Shown: piece after piece, positions 29,543 to 39,232 of the stretch
How the letters are laid out: every line of letters starts with the position of its first letter
Position numbering within the stretch: the first letter of the stretch is position 1
Notes under the pieces: model-generated
Databases searched by the model: none
What the model was told of the DNA's origin: nothing
Seen by the model: only the letters and a program-made list of their open reading frames with translations
Position numbers and translations under genes: made by a program
Source of the DNA: Planctomycetota bacterium
GTDB lineage: Bacteria > Planctomycetota > UBA1135 > UBA2386
Assembly (NCBI GenBank): GCA_046290465.1
Contig: JBKAGP010000001.1
Span: 3,712,001-3,776,000 of the forward strand
DNA: 64,000 nt
Reading direction: 5' to 3'

Positions 29543-30501
29543 CGACGCCCCCTCTTCTTCTTGTTCTTGGGTTCTTCGGGTGCCGTGACGACGAAGCGCT
29601 TGCCGGTGCGCTGCAAGAACACGTCCTCGAGCGACGGGTGCGCGAGCTGCAGCCGGCGCACGGCGTCGCCCCAGCGCTTCATGATCTCGGGCACCAGCTC
29701 GTGAACGTTCTGGCCGTCGATGCGCAGCGTCTGGTCGAGCAAGGTCGCCTCGACCGACAGCTCGCGCTGCAGCTGCGCCTTGAGGTCCTCGGCGGTAGCC
29801 GACTCGATCTCGAGCACCTGCCCGCCGACCTCCTCCATCAGTTCGCCCGGGCGGCCGTGCGCGACCACGTCGCCCTCGTCGAGCAGCATCAGGCGGTCAG
29901 CTTCGGCGGCCTCCTCCATCAGGTGCGTCGTGAACAGCACCGTCAGCCCCTCCTGCGCGCGCAGCACCTTCCACATCTCGCGCCGCGCGGCCGGGTCGAG
30001 GCCGGTGCTGGCCTCGTCGAGCAGCACCAGGTCGGGCTGCGACAGCAGGCACTTGGCGATCTCGACGCGGCGGCGCAGGCCGCCCGACAGGTCCTCGACG
30101 TTGTCCTTGCGACGATCGCCCAGGTCGGCCGCGGCCAGGCACGCGTCGATGCGCTGCGACAGCTCGCTGCCACCGAGACCGAGCATCAGGCCGCCGTAGC
30201 GCAGGTTCTCCTGCACGGTCAGCTTCTTGTCGACGGCCGGCGACTGGAACACGACGCCGATGCGGCGACGGATCGCCGCGGCCTCGCGCGAGAGGTCGTG
30301 GCCGAGCATCGACACCGCCCCCTCCTGCAGCGGCACCAGCGTCGACAGCAGCTTGAACAACGTCGACTTGCCGGACCCGTTGGGGCCGAGGAAGCCGAAC
30401 GCAGCGCCGCTCTGGACCTCGAAGTCGACGCCGCGCAGCGCCTGCCGTTCGCCATAGGCGAACCGCACGCCGGACGCGGTGACAGCGGGTGTCGCACTCA
30501 T
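29539..30501 (-). CDS. ABC transporter ATP-binding protein
   Basis: GPNGSGKS, LSGG, LLDE, TTH and PSLEDVF. Confidence 0.95.
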   Translation of the reverse strand: MSATPAVTASGVRFAYGERQALRGVDFEVQSGAAFGFLGPNGSGKSTLFKLLSTLVPLQEGAVSMLGHDLSREAAAIRRRIGVVFQSPAVDKKLTVQENLRYGGLMLGLGGSELSQRIDACLAAADLGDRRKDNVEDLSGGLRRRVEIAKCLLSQPDLVLLDEASTGLDPAARREMWKVLRAQEGLTVLFTTHLMEEAAEADRLMLLDEGDVVAHGRPGELMEEVGGQVLEIESATAEDLKAQLQRELSVEATLLDQTLRIDGQNVHELVPEIMKRWGDAVRRLQLAHPSLEDVFLQRTGKRFVVTAPEEPKNKKKRGRR

Positions 30502-31433
30502 AGGCGCGTCCACACCATGGCGACGAACAACAGCGGCAGGTAGACGATCGACATGATGAAGGTCATGCGCATCGCGACGTCACGTCGGGTCAGCGCGGCG
30601 AACAGCGTAGGCACGAAGAACAGCACGTCGAGCAGAACCGCGATGACCGCGTAACGCTCGTCGCACATCTGGGTAACGTAGGGGATCAGGCTGGCGATAC
30701 CGAGGCCGCCCACGTAGAGCAGCATGGTGATGCCGGTGCGGTGGCCGGTCGGGTCGACCACCGGCAGCATCTGCATGCCGGCGCGCGCATAGTCCTCGCG
30801 GTAGCGCCACGCAATGGCGAGGAAGTGAGGGATCTGCCAGCAGAACAGGATCGCGAACAGCACCAGCTGCGGCATCGCCAGTTCGCCGGCGACCGCGGCG
30901 TGGCCGACGACCGGCGGCAGCGCCCCCGGGATCGCGCCGACCAGCGTGTTGAGCGGCGTGCGCGTCTTCATCGGCGTGTAGACCAACACGTAGCTGACCA
31001 CGATCAGCGCGCACAGGCCGGCGGCCGTCCAGTTCCACTGGCCCGGCGGACGCGAGCCGTCCGGCGCCAGCGGCGCGGCCCCGATCAGCACCAGCAGCAC
31101 GCCGAGCAGCGACGCCACCGCGCCGAAGATCAGCACGTTGCGCGGTTTCAGGCGGCCGCTCGGGATCGGCCGGCCCTGCGTGCGCTCCATCAGCGGATCG
31201 AGGTCGCGCTCGCGATACATGTTGAGCGCGGCCGCGCCCGCCGCCGCCAGGAAGTTGCCGAGCGTCGTGTAGATCAGCAGGTCGAGCGGCGGGTACGACG
31301 TCTTGGCCGGCCACGCCATGAACGCGCCCGCGACCACCGCGAACACCGCCAACGCCGACAGCCGCGGCTTGCCGAGCTCCCAGTAGGCGCGCAGCACGCC
31401 GGCGCTACCGGCGCTGCCTTCGGCGACGCTCAT
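30498..31433 (-). CDS. cyoE: Protoheme IX farnesyltransferase (heme O synthase)
   Basis: ELGKPR, NMYRERDLDPLMERTQGRP, WQIPHF and DYARAG. Confidence 0.95.
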   Translation of the reverse strand: MSVAEGSAGSAGVLRAYWELGKPRLSALAVFAVVAGAFMAWPAKTSYPPLDLLIYTTLGNFLAAAGAAALNMYRERDLDPLMERTQGRPIPSGRLKPRNVLIFGAVASLLGVLLVLIGAAPLAPDGSRPPGQWNWTAAGLCALIVVSYVLVYTPMKTRTPLNTLVGAIPGALPPVVGHAAVAGELAMPQLVLFAILFCWQIPHFLAIAWRYREDYARAGMQMLPVVDPTGHRTGITMLLYVGGLGIASLIPYVTQMCDERYAVIAVLLDVLFFVPTLFAALTRRDVAMRMTFIMSIVYLPLLFVAMVWTRL

Positions 31434-32359
31434 GCCTGCTCCGGATGGCGGGTCGCCCGGAAGACGTGCGCTGCGAGCGCCGCCATCAGGGCGGTCAACA
31501 GGGCCCCGAGCAGAACGTGCACCGAGATCGTGATCGCAGCGCCGAGGCGGTCGACGTTCTCCGGCTGCTTGCCGGCCTCGTTGCGGATCGCCAGCGCGAC
31601 GAAGCCGAGCGCGATCTGCAGGATCAACAGGCCGATGATCGTCTGGGCGAGGCCCTTGATGCCCTGCGCCGCGCCGAGCTTGCCGACCGCGAACGCGGTC
31701 GCGATCGTGACCACCAGGAACACGACGAACGCGTTGCCGACGTGCGTCCACAGGGCATGCGGGCTGTTGGTGTGGCGCGCGATGGCGCCGAACACGGTCT
31801 GCAGCACCACGATCACGATGCCGACCACGGCCAGCTTGCGACCGGCACCCGGGCCGGCCTCGCGCACGACGGCGGTCGAGCGGTAGCGACCCGACAGCTG
31901 GTAGGCCAGCCAGCCGAACGTCGCCAGGATCAGCTGCGCCAGCGTGCCGTGGGTGACCGAGCTCGCGGCCGGCAGGTTGTTGAGCACGCCCGTGCCGCCG
32001 ACGATGCCCTGGACCAGCACCAGGCAGCCGCCGAAGAACGCGGTCACCACCGCCTTGCGATCGCCGCGCCCGCCGAGCAGCAGCCACAGCCACAGGCCGA
32101 GCGCGATCAGGCCGGCACTCGACGCGATCAGCCGGTGGAAGTGCTCGAAGAAGCCGGGCAGTTCGGTGTAGCTGCTCTCCGGCATCAGCTGGCCGTCCGA
32201 GAGCGGCCAGTCGGCATAGGCCATGCCCGAGCCGGTGCTGGTCGTGAGCGCGCCCCACAGGATCGTGAACGTGGTCACGATCAGCATCACGACCGCGAGC
32301 CGAAAGGGCCCTCGGGTCGGGGATTCCGTCAACGCAGGCTGGGCTTCGATGGTCGTCAT
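31430..32359 (-). CDS. ctaA: Heme A synthase (COX15/CtaA family)
   Basis: DWP motif, EHFHR and three further TM histidines; directly upstream of cyoE. Confidence 0.88.
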   Translation of the reverse strand: MTTIEAQPALTESPTRGPFRLAVVMLIVTTFTILWGALTTSTGSGMAYADWPLSDGQLMPESSYTELPGFFEHFHRLIASSAGLIALGLWLWLLLGGRGDRKAVVTAFFGGCLVLVQGIVGGTGVLNNLPAASSVTHGTLAQLILATFGWLAYQLSGRYRSTAVVREAGPGAGRKLAVVGIVIVVLQTVFGAIARHTNSPHALWTHVGNAFVVFLVVTIATAFAVGKLGAAQGIKGLAQTIIGLLILQIALGFVALAIRNEAGKQPENVDRLGAAITISVHVLLGALLTALMAALAAHVFRATRHPEQA

Positions 32360-32433
32360 GGGCCGGGTAGCCCATGAGAATGCCCGCCCAAGGACGGATT
32401 TTCAGCGCCGACCCGGTCGGTCGGCAGGTTGGA

Positions 32434-33255
32434 TCAGCGCGTCAGCACGCGGGTCCGGGCCGGGGCGCTGCTGTCGCCGTCGAAGGCCTCCCACATCGGG
32501 CGCTCGCTGTCGCTCAGGCTGCTCGAGTCGACCGTGCGGTCGATCGCCTTCTCCGGGCTGGTCTGGGCCATCGCCAGCAGGTTCTCGACCTCGACGTCGT
32601 CGCCCTTGGCCAGCTTCGAAGCCGACTGCAGGTAGCCGATCGCGGCCTGCGGCTCGCCCATGCGGAGCAGGCAGACGCCCAGGTTCTTGTGCGCGGCGCG
32701 GGTCGCGGCCGGCGGCACGCCGTTGCCCGGGGCCAGCGACAGCTCGGCGATGGCGCGCTGCCACAGCCGCTGCTCCATCAGCTTCTCACCGCGGTGCAGG
32801 TGCGTCAGCACGGCCGTGTCGAGCTTCGGGCCGAGCTTCTGGAACTCGAGCACCTCGATCCACGGGATGTCCTGGAAGGTGTTGCGGATCACGCCCGTGC
32901 ACTGGATGCGCGTGTAGAGCGGCATCGAGTAGACCTGCTCGAGTTGCTTGTTCGACTTGCTCAGGAAGAGCATGCCGAAGACGTCGTTGTAGGACTTCTC
33001 CTGCCAGATCTGCTGGTCGTCGCCCCACGCGTAGAAGTTGGTGTAGTCCGTCGGCGTGAACTTCGTGAAGAACGGGTTCGAGATGCGGCCGAGCGACGCG
33101 AACTGCGCGACGAACCTGACCTTCACGTTGTGGAAGGCGTCCGGGTTGGCGCGCATCGCCTCGATGGTCGTGCGGACAGGGGTGCCGAACTCGTTGTCCT
33201 GCGCAGGAAGCGCGGAGACGCCGATCAGGCACGAAAGAAGCAGTGCGGTTCTCAT
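32434..33255 (-). CDS. Secreted hypothetical protein with C-terminal TPR-like helices
   Basis: Signal peptide; AHKNLGVCLLRMGEPQAAIGYLQSA is TPR-like. Confidence 0.7.
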   Translation of the reverse strand: MRTALLLSCLIGVSALPAQDNEFGTPVRTTIEAMRANPDAFHNVKVRFVAQFASLGRISNPFFTKFTPTDYTNFYAWGDDQQIWQEKSYNDVFGMLFLSKSNKQLEQVYSMPLYTRIQCTGVIRNTFQDIPWIEVLEFQKLGPKLDTAVLTHLHRGEKLMEQRLWQRAIAELSLAPGNGVPPAATRAAHKNLGVCLLRMGEPQAAIGYLQSASKLAKGDDVEVENLLAMAQTSPEKAIDRTVDSSSLSDSERPMWEAFDGDSSAPARTRVLTR

Positions 33256-33299
33256 GGCGATTTCGTTTTCTCTCTCGGGTCGATTCGGGGGGGCCGCGA

Positions 33300-33473
33300 T
33301 CACTCGGTGATCCGTTCCATCAGCTTGCGCAGAGCCTCGTCCATCAACTCGTCCGGGACGTCGTCCCCCGACTTCGCCAGTTCGCGTAGGCAAGCGATGC
33401 GCTGCGCCTTGGTGAGATCTCGATGCATCAGCTCATCGACGATGCGATCGACGTCGGAGTGCGACTTGGTCAA
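33300..33473 (-). CDS. Small protein, FlgM-like (anti-sigma-28) candidate
   Basis: 57 aa from inferred TTG; RIACLRELAKSG...MDEALRKLME resembles the FlgM C-terminal pattern. Confidence 0.5.
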   Translation of the reverse strand: MTKSHSDVDRIVDELMHRDLTKAQRIACLRELAKSGDDVPDELMDEALRKLMERITE

Positions 33474-33719
33474 GTTGTGAAACCCGGGTGCGTGTAGGTG
33501 CACGGCGAGCCGTGCAGCTTGGCTATCGACCCGCGCGCCCCCTCGGCTTGACGCCCTGTTGCAGGCAATCCCAATAGGACGCACCCGGAGCTCGCGCCGC
33601 GCCGCGTCGACTCCCACCGCGCGCAACCGCCGCCCGCATGGGCCCGCCGCGCGAGTGCTTGAGAAGTCGACAGCCGGCCGACGAAGTGACGGCAACTTCG
33701 ACACACCCTGCCGAACCTG

Positions 33720-34811
33720 ATGACGATCGCCACAAACCGCCGCATCGCCGCGCTGCTGCTCGCCGGATCCACCTTCCTCGCGCCCGCGCTGGCACAGGAC
33801 GTCTACCTCAGCGAGGTGCGCGCCGACGCGACCGAGCAGTGGATCGAGATCCACAACCGCGGCACCGCGTCGCAGGACCTGTCGGACTGGACGCTGCACG
33901 CGGCGACCACGACCGCGTGGATGCCCAACAACTACTGGTGGCCGTTCCCGGCCGGCACCGTGCTCGCCCCGGGCGCCTACCTGCGCGTGCACTGGTTCGC
34001 CGACTCGCCGGCGGCGCCGGCCCCGGGCGACCTCTACACCGGCACGTCGCCGTACGGCTTCCTGTTCGGCCTCGGCGGTGAGCCGCTGTCGGGCGACGAA
34101 GGCGCCGCGGCGCTGTTCCGTTCGCAGTCCAACGGCCAGATGAACTCGTCGACGATGGTCGCCGACTGGGTCAGCTGGGGCAGCAGCGGCTTCCAGCGCG
34201 AGGTGCTCGCGGTCTCGGCCGGCCTGTGGACCACCAACCGCGCCGCCCCGGCGATCCCGACCGACCACAGCCTGGCCCGCGATCCGGACGCGATCGGTGT
34301 GACGACGTTCGCCGACGAGAGCTGGTTCCTGGACGCGACCCCGACACCGCTGATGCCGAACATCACCGGCGCGGTCATCCAGAGCTACGGTCAGGCCTGC
34401 ACGCTGCCGGGCAACCACCTGCTCGGCCTGCCCGAACTGCGCGCCACGTCGCTGCCGCTCTACGGCGCGGCCGGCTTCGGCTTCGCGCTCGACCACACGA
34501 CCGGCATCTTCGGCGAATACGTGCTGGTCGGCTTCAGCTCCGCCGCCGCCCCGCCCAACCAGCCGTCGATCCTGCCGAACTACTCGGGCGTCGGCTGCGT
34601 CGAGGCGATCAGCACGCCGGGCCTGGTGATGACGTGGCTGGTGCCCGCGACGATCCTGTCGACCGAGATCCCGATGTCGCTGGCCGGCTACCCGCCGCAA
34701 CTGATCGGCCTCGAGATGCACGTGCAGGCGCTGGTGCTCGAACTGCTGCCGGGGGTCAACCCGCCCTACCAGGGCATCAGCAACGCGCTGCGGGTGGTCG
34801 TCGGACAGTAG
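33720..34811 (+). CDS. Secreted lamin-tail-domain protein with shared C-terminal domain
   Basis: Signal peptide; YLSEV...QWIEIHNRG...DLSDWTL...FPAGTVLAPG...ATP. Confidence 0.85.
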   Translation: MTIATNRRIAALLLAGSTFLAPALAQDVYLSEVRADATEQWIEIHNRGTASQDLSDWTLHAATTTAWMPNNYWWPFPAGTVLAPGAYLRVHWFADSPAAPAPGDLYTGTSPYGFLFGLGGEPLSGDEGAAALFRSQSNGQMNSSTMVADWVSWGSSGFQREVLAVSAGLWTTNRAAPAIPTDHSLARDPDAIGVTTFADESWFLDATPTPLMPNITGAVIQSYGQACTLPGNHLLGLPELRATSLPLYGAAGFGFALDHTTGIFGEYVLVGFSSAAAPPNQPSILPNYSGVGCVEAISTPGLVMTWLVPATILSTEIPMSLAGYPPQLIGLEMHVQALVLELLPGVNPPYQGISNALRVVVGQ

Positions 34812-34826
34812 GCCGAGGCGCCAACC

Positions 34827-35510
34827 CTACACCTCGCCGCTCTTCGCCCGTTCCTTCGCCTTGCGCTTGTGCACCGCCTCGGGCGCCTGGCCCTCGCGCC
34901 AGAGCATCGCGATGACGCTGGTGCCCCACTCGCGCAGGTCGACGTCGAGGTCGCCGTCGAAGTCGTCTTCGTCGAGCACGCCGCTCTCGAAGTGGAACAG
35001 CACGCAGCCGCCGTCCGCGGTGCGGTCGAGCAGGCGTCGCGCCCGGGCCATCGACTTGACCGGATCCTCGGCGACCATCGGATAGGGAGGGTCGAGGAAG
35101 ATCACGTCGGGCGCGACCTCGATGTCGGTCGGCGCGTCGGCGTCCTCGTCCTCACGGGCCGCCCCGAACAGCGGTCGGTGCATCAGCGGCGGGTCCCAGG
35201 CATCGGCCCGGATCACCACGGCGCGGTCCTCGGCGTCGTCGCCGAGCGAACGCAAGTTGTTCCGTAGGATATCGATGGCCTTGCCGTTCTTCTCGACGAA
35301 CAGCACCCGATCGGCCCCCCTGGACAGGGATTCCATCCCGGATGCGCCAGTTCCTGCAAAAAGGTCCCAGACGAACGCGCCCTCGATGCGGTCTCCAAGG
35401 ATGTTGAACACCGCCTCGCGGACCTGGCCCAGCAGCGGACGGGTCCCGAGGCCCCGCACCGTCTTGAGGGTCCGCCCGCCGTACTCGCCACCAATGATTC
35501 GCAGGCTCAT
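34827..35510 (-). CDS. rsmD: 16S rRNA m2G966 methyltransferase RsmD
   Basis: RIIGGEYGGR, DLFAGTG, ESLSRGA and FLDPPY. Confidence 0.92.
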   Translation of the reverse strand: MSLRIIGGEYGGRTLKTVRGLGTRPLLGQVREAVFNILGDRIEGAFVWDLFAGTGASGMESLSRGADRVLFVEKNGKAIDILRNNLRSLGDDAEDRAVVIRADAWDPPLMHRPLFGAAREDEDADAPTDIEVAPDVIFLDPPYPMVAEDPVKSMARARRLLDRTADGGCVLFHFESGVLDEDDFDGDLDVDLREWGTSVIAMLWREGQAPEAVHKRKAKERAKSGEV

Positions 35511-35588
35511 GAGCCCCCAGATGGTGGCAGGCAGAACCTCCTGACGCAACTCCGACACGAACGCCGAGAAGACGATAAAAGAGGCACT

Positions 35589-37466
35589 GTGGAACCAGGC
35601 ACCCCTCTGCTGGCTCTGCGATTCGGCGGCCAGAGCCACGCGCTCGAGCCGGGTCGGGACTATCTGCTCGGTAGCGCGGACGATTGCGATCTGCGCATCG
35701 CCGACGCGGAGCCCCACCACGCCTGCCTGTCGGTCGATGCCGACGGCGCCACCATCAGCGACCTCGAGAGCGAGTCCGGCCTGCTGCACAACGAGCAGCG
35801 CGTGCCGAGCGCGACGCTGCAGGCCGGCGACCGGGTCGCGATCGCCGGCGAGTTGCTGGTGCTTGCCGTCGACGACGGCAGCGCGGCGCTGGTGCCGATC
35901 CCGGCGCTGCGACAGGCGGCGGTGCAGCGCCGCATCGCCAAGGTGCGGGTCGCGGCCGCGGCGCTGCGCCACCAGCCGCGCACGTTCGCCGAACTGGTCG
36001 GCGAGGGCCTGCGCGACGCGCCGTGGCTGGCGCTGTCGATCGTGCTGCACGCGCTGATCTTCCTGCTGCTCGCGATCTACGTGCCGCAGCGCGAGATCGG
36101 CGGCGCCAGCGTCGCGACCATCAACATCGACGTCCGGGCCGGCGCGCCGCTCGGCGACGGGCCGCCGGCGCCGCCCGAGGTGGTCGTCGAGCAGGCCGAG
36201 GACGACGTCGTCGAGGACCCGGACCCGCTCGCAGCGGAGGTCCCGATCCCGATCACCGAGGGCCCGAAGCCGATGCAGACCCAGCCGATCGAGAACCCGA
36301 CGCTGCGCACGCGCAAGCGGCCGCGCAACAGCGGCGGCGGCGGCGGCGTGGTCGCCGACGAGGGCGGCATCGGCTCCGGCAGCTTCCAGAAGAAGGTGCG
36401 GGAGCTGCAGGAGAGCGGGCTCGAGATCGTGTTCGTGTTCGACAGCACCGGCTCGATGACGCGCACGATCCAGGACACCAAGTCGACGATCGTCGAGATG
36501 TGCGGCGTGCTGCGGTCGCTGGTCCCGGACGCGCGCATCGGCCTGGTCACGTATCGCGACCGCGGCCGCAACGAGGACTACCTGGTGCGCCAGGTGCCGC
36601 TGGCGCTGGACTACTGGCGCGCCAGCAACTTCGTGCAGTTCGTCACCGCCGAGGGCGGCGGCGACCGCCCCGAGGACGTGCGCGCCGGCCTGACCGCAGC
36701 GATGCGGCAGGAGTGGCGGCCCAACGCGCAGCGCGTGATCGTGCTGGCCGGCGACGCGCCGGCGCACGCGGGCGACCTCAAGGGCATGCTCAAGGACGTG
36801 CGTCGCTTCGCGAAGAACAAGCGCTCGTTCGTGCACACGTTGATCACCAGCCCGGAGCGCGCCGGCCCGACCACGCACGACCACTTCCGGCGCATCGCCG
36901 AGTCCGGGCGCGGCGTCTGCGAACCGATCGAGAACCGCGGCCGCATCCTGCAGCGCGTGCTGACGCTGGCGTTCGGCCAGCAGTTCGACGAGGACGTCGA
37001 CATCGTCGTGCGCACCGTCGCGCACCAGCGCGACCGGGTCGACACCGCGTCGCTGCACCTGGTGCGCAAGGGCGGCCCGCAGCTGGCCGCGGCGCTGCGG
37101 CAACAGCCGGTGCCAACGACGCTGTGGAACGCGCTGGTTCGCAAGCCGCGCGAGCCGGTCGCGATGGTGCTGATCGACCTGCTCGCCGACAAGCGAACGC
37201 CCGAGCACACCCGGCACGCGTCGGCCGCCGCGCTGCAGCGCATCCTGCGCCTCGAGGTGCCGCCGATCGACCCGCAGACCAGCGAGCCGGCGTCGCGGCG
37301 GATGATCTCGCGGCTGCGCATCCTGGCCAAGAAGCTGCCGAACTCGGCGGCGCGGGCGCGGCCGGGCGTTCACAAGCGCGGCGCGGCTGCTATCCTCGCC
37401 GGGCCGAGATGCCCGCACTGCCCGACCGCCTGGGCCGCCCGCTGCGCAACCTGCGCCTGTCGGTGA
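35589..37466 (+). CDS. FHA + TM + von Willebrand A domain protein
   Basis: FHA-like N-terminus, TM SIVLHALIFLLL, MIDAS DSTGS, GGGDRPED and GDAPAH; 3' end uncertain (overlaps moaA). Confidence 0.85.
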   Translation: MEPGTPLLALRFGGQSHALEPGRDYLLGSADDCDLRIADAEPHHACLSVDADGATISDLESESGLLHNEQRVPSATLQAGDRVAIAGELLVLAVDDGSAALVPIPALRQAAVQRRIAKVRVAAAALRHQPRTFAELVGEGLRDAPWLALSIVLHALIFLLLAIYVPQREIGGASVATINIDVRAGAPLGDGPPAPPEVVVEQAEDDVVEDPDPLAAEVPIPITEGPKPMQTQPIENPTLRTRKRPRNSGGGGGVVADEGGIGSGSFQKKVRELQESGLEIVFVFDSTGSMTRTIQDTKSTIVEMCGVLRSLVPDARIGLVTYRDRGRNEDYLVRQVPLALDYWRASNFVQFVTAEGGGDRPEDVRAGLTAAMRQEWRPNAQRVIVLAGDAPAHAGDLKGMLKDVRRFAKNKRSFVHTLITSPERAGPTTHDHFRRIAESGRGVCEPIENRGRILQRVLTLAFGQQFDEDVDIVVRTVAHQRDRVDTASLHLVRKGGPQLAAALRQQPVPTTLWNALVRKPREPVAMVLIDLLADKRTPEHTRHASAAALQRILRLEVPPIDPQTSEPASRRMISRLRILAKKLPNSAARARPGVHKRGAAAILAGPRCPHCPTAWAARCATCACR

Positions 37467-38431
37467 CGGACCGCTGCAACCTCCGCTGCCAGTACTGCAT
37501 GCCGGAGGAGGACTACACGTGGCTGCCCAAGTCGGACGTGCTGTCGTTCGAGGAGACGATGCGCGTCGTCGACCGCTTCGTCGAGATCGGCGTCGACAAG
37601 GTCCGGCTGACCGGCGGCGAGCCGCTGCTGCGCAACGAACTGCCCAAGCTGGTCGAGATGCTCGCGCAGCGGCCGCTGCAGGACCTGGCGATGACGACCA
37701 ACGGCGTGCTGCTGCGCAAGCACGCGCGCGCGCTGAAGCAGGCCGGACTGCATCGCCTGACCGTCAGCCTCGACTCGCTCGACCCGAGGACGTTTGCGAT
37801 GATGACGCGCCGCGACGACCTCGGCCGCGTGCTCGACGGCATCGAAGCCGCGCGCGAGGCCGGCTTCGTCGGCACCAAGATCGACACCGTGGCGATCGCG
37901 GACGTCAACGAAGGCGAACTGGCGAGGCTGGTGGAGTTCGGCCGTTCGGTCGACGCCGAGGTGCGCTTCATCGAGTACATGGACGTCGGCGGCGCGACCC
38001 GCTGGCGCATGGACCGGGTGATCCCGCGGCGGCGCATCCTCGAACGGCTCGGCGAGCACTTCGGCGAGATCACCGAGGTGCCGCGCACCGACAGCGCACC
38101 GGCCGAACGGTTCACGCTGCCCGACGGCACCACCTTCGGCATCATCAGTTCGGTGACGCAGCCGTTCTGCGCCAGCTGCGACCGGGCGCGCGTGACCGCC
38201 GACGGCATGTGGTTCACCTGCCTCTACGCCGAGACCGGCACCGACCTGCGCGCGCTGCTGCGATCTGGCGCCAGCGACGCGGTGCTGCGGCAGAAGCTGC
38301 TCGACGTCTGGGCCGGCCGCCGCGACCGCGGCGCCGAGGTGCGCGCCGGCATGCCGGACCGCGGCGCGCTGGCGCAGGCCGACGCGATGCGCGACAACCC
38401 GCACCTCGAGATGCACACGCGCGGCGGGTAG
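37409..38431 (+). CDS. moaA: GTP 3',8-cyclase MoaA
   Basis: CNLRCQYC radical SAM motif, TGGEP, FCASCDR...CL and C-terminal GG. Confidence 0.97.
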   Translation: MPALPDRLGRPLRNLRLSVTDRCNLRCQYCMPEEDYTWLPKSDVLSFEETMRVVDRFVEIGVDKVRLTGGEPLLRNELPKLVEMLAQRPLQDLAMTTNGVLLRKHARALKQAGLHRLTVSLDSLDPRTFAMMTRRDDLGRVLDGIEAAREAGFVGTKIDTVAIADVNEGELARLVEFGRSVDAEVRFIEYMDVGGATRWRMDRVIPRRRILERLGEHFGEITEVPRTDSAPAERFTLPDGTTFGIISSVTQPFCASCDRARVTADGMWFTCLYAETGTDLRALLRSGASDAVLRQKLLDVWAGRRDRGAEVRAGMPDRGALAQADAMRDNPHLEMHTRGG

Positions 38432-38465
38432 CGCAGCGGTCCGGCCGCATTGCGTTCGCGAAGGC

Positions 38466-39155
38466 CTACGCCGCTGCTTCGACCGCCAGTTCGGGGAGCA
38501 GGCGCCAGAGCAGCTGCTGCGCCGCGTTGCGGATCGCGCCGTAGTATTCGAGGGCCGTGCCCCACCAGGCGGTCTTGGTGCCGTAGCCGTGCAGGGACAG
38601 CGTGCGGGTGGCCGAGCCGGAGACCAGCTCGACGTCGACGACGAGGTGCGACTTGGTCGTCATGTAGAGGTCGACATCGACGTGGCGCACGACCGCGCGA
38701 ACGGTGACGTCGGCCGCCTCGCGGGTCGCGACGACCTCACCGCCCTGGCCGACGATCTCGAGGCGCAGCATCTCGGCGAACCACGCGGCAGGATCGTCGC
38801 GCGTCACCACGTCCGCGGTCGTCATGCCGAAGCCGTTGCGCACGTAGCCGATCACCAGCGGTTCGCCGGCCGCGTCCTGTTGCGCCTTCAGGTGCTCGGC
38901 CCACTGTCGCTCCGCGGCATCGCTGAAGCCGCGATACTCGTAGCCGTCGGGCGTCGCATCGGGCTCGCCGCCACTCCAGCCGCGCTGTTCGCCCGGGGCA
39001 TACTCGACCGACTCGATGCAGACCTTGCGGCCGGCGAGCCCTGGCGCGTGCCGTTCGGGCAGCGACGCCTCGTATTCGGCCAGCGCCAGCGGCTGGTCGG
39101 AGAACGCACACGACGTACACAGAGACAACGCGAGGATCCCGAGCAGGCGCTTCAT
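38466..39155 (-). CDS. Hypothetical lipoprotein (YajG-like)
   Basis: MKRLLGILALSLCTSC lipobox; IGYVRNGFGM motif. Confidence 0.65.
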   Translation of the reverse strand: MKRLLGILALSLCTSCAFSDQPLALAEYEASLPERHAPGLAGRKVCIESVEYAPGEQRGWSGGEPDATPDGYEYRGFSDAAERQWAEHLKAQQDAAGEPLVIGYVRNGFGMTTADVVTRDDPAAWFAEMLRLEIVGQGGEVVATREAADVTVRAVVRHVDVDLYMTTKSHLVVDVELVSGSATRTLSLHGYGTKTAWWGTALEYYGAIRNAAQQLLWRLLPELAVEAAA

Positions 39156-39232
39156 GGCTGCGGAAATAGACGTGACCGCGTTCGTTGCCAAGCCCCTTCG
39201 CGCCGGCCGGGCGCACCTTCATCATGCGCACG

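Noticed and set aside
30498..32375. 625-aa CyoE fusion
   Set aside because: Upstream half is an alternate frame of ctaA; cyoE starts at 31433 with ATGA overlap
33474..33719. ncRNA or riboswitch in the divergent intergenic region
   Set aside because: No recognisable conserved motif by eye; needs an Rfam search
34827..37418. 863-aa RsmD fusion and 915-aa MoaA fusion
   Set aside because: Extensions are shadow frames of the FHA-VWA gene; family starts are at 35510 and 37409
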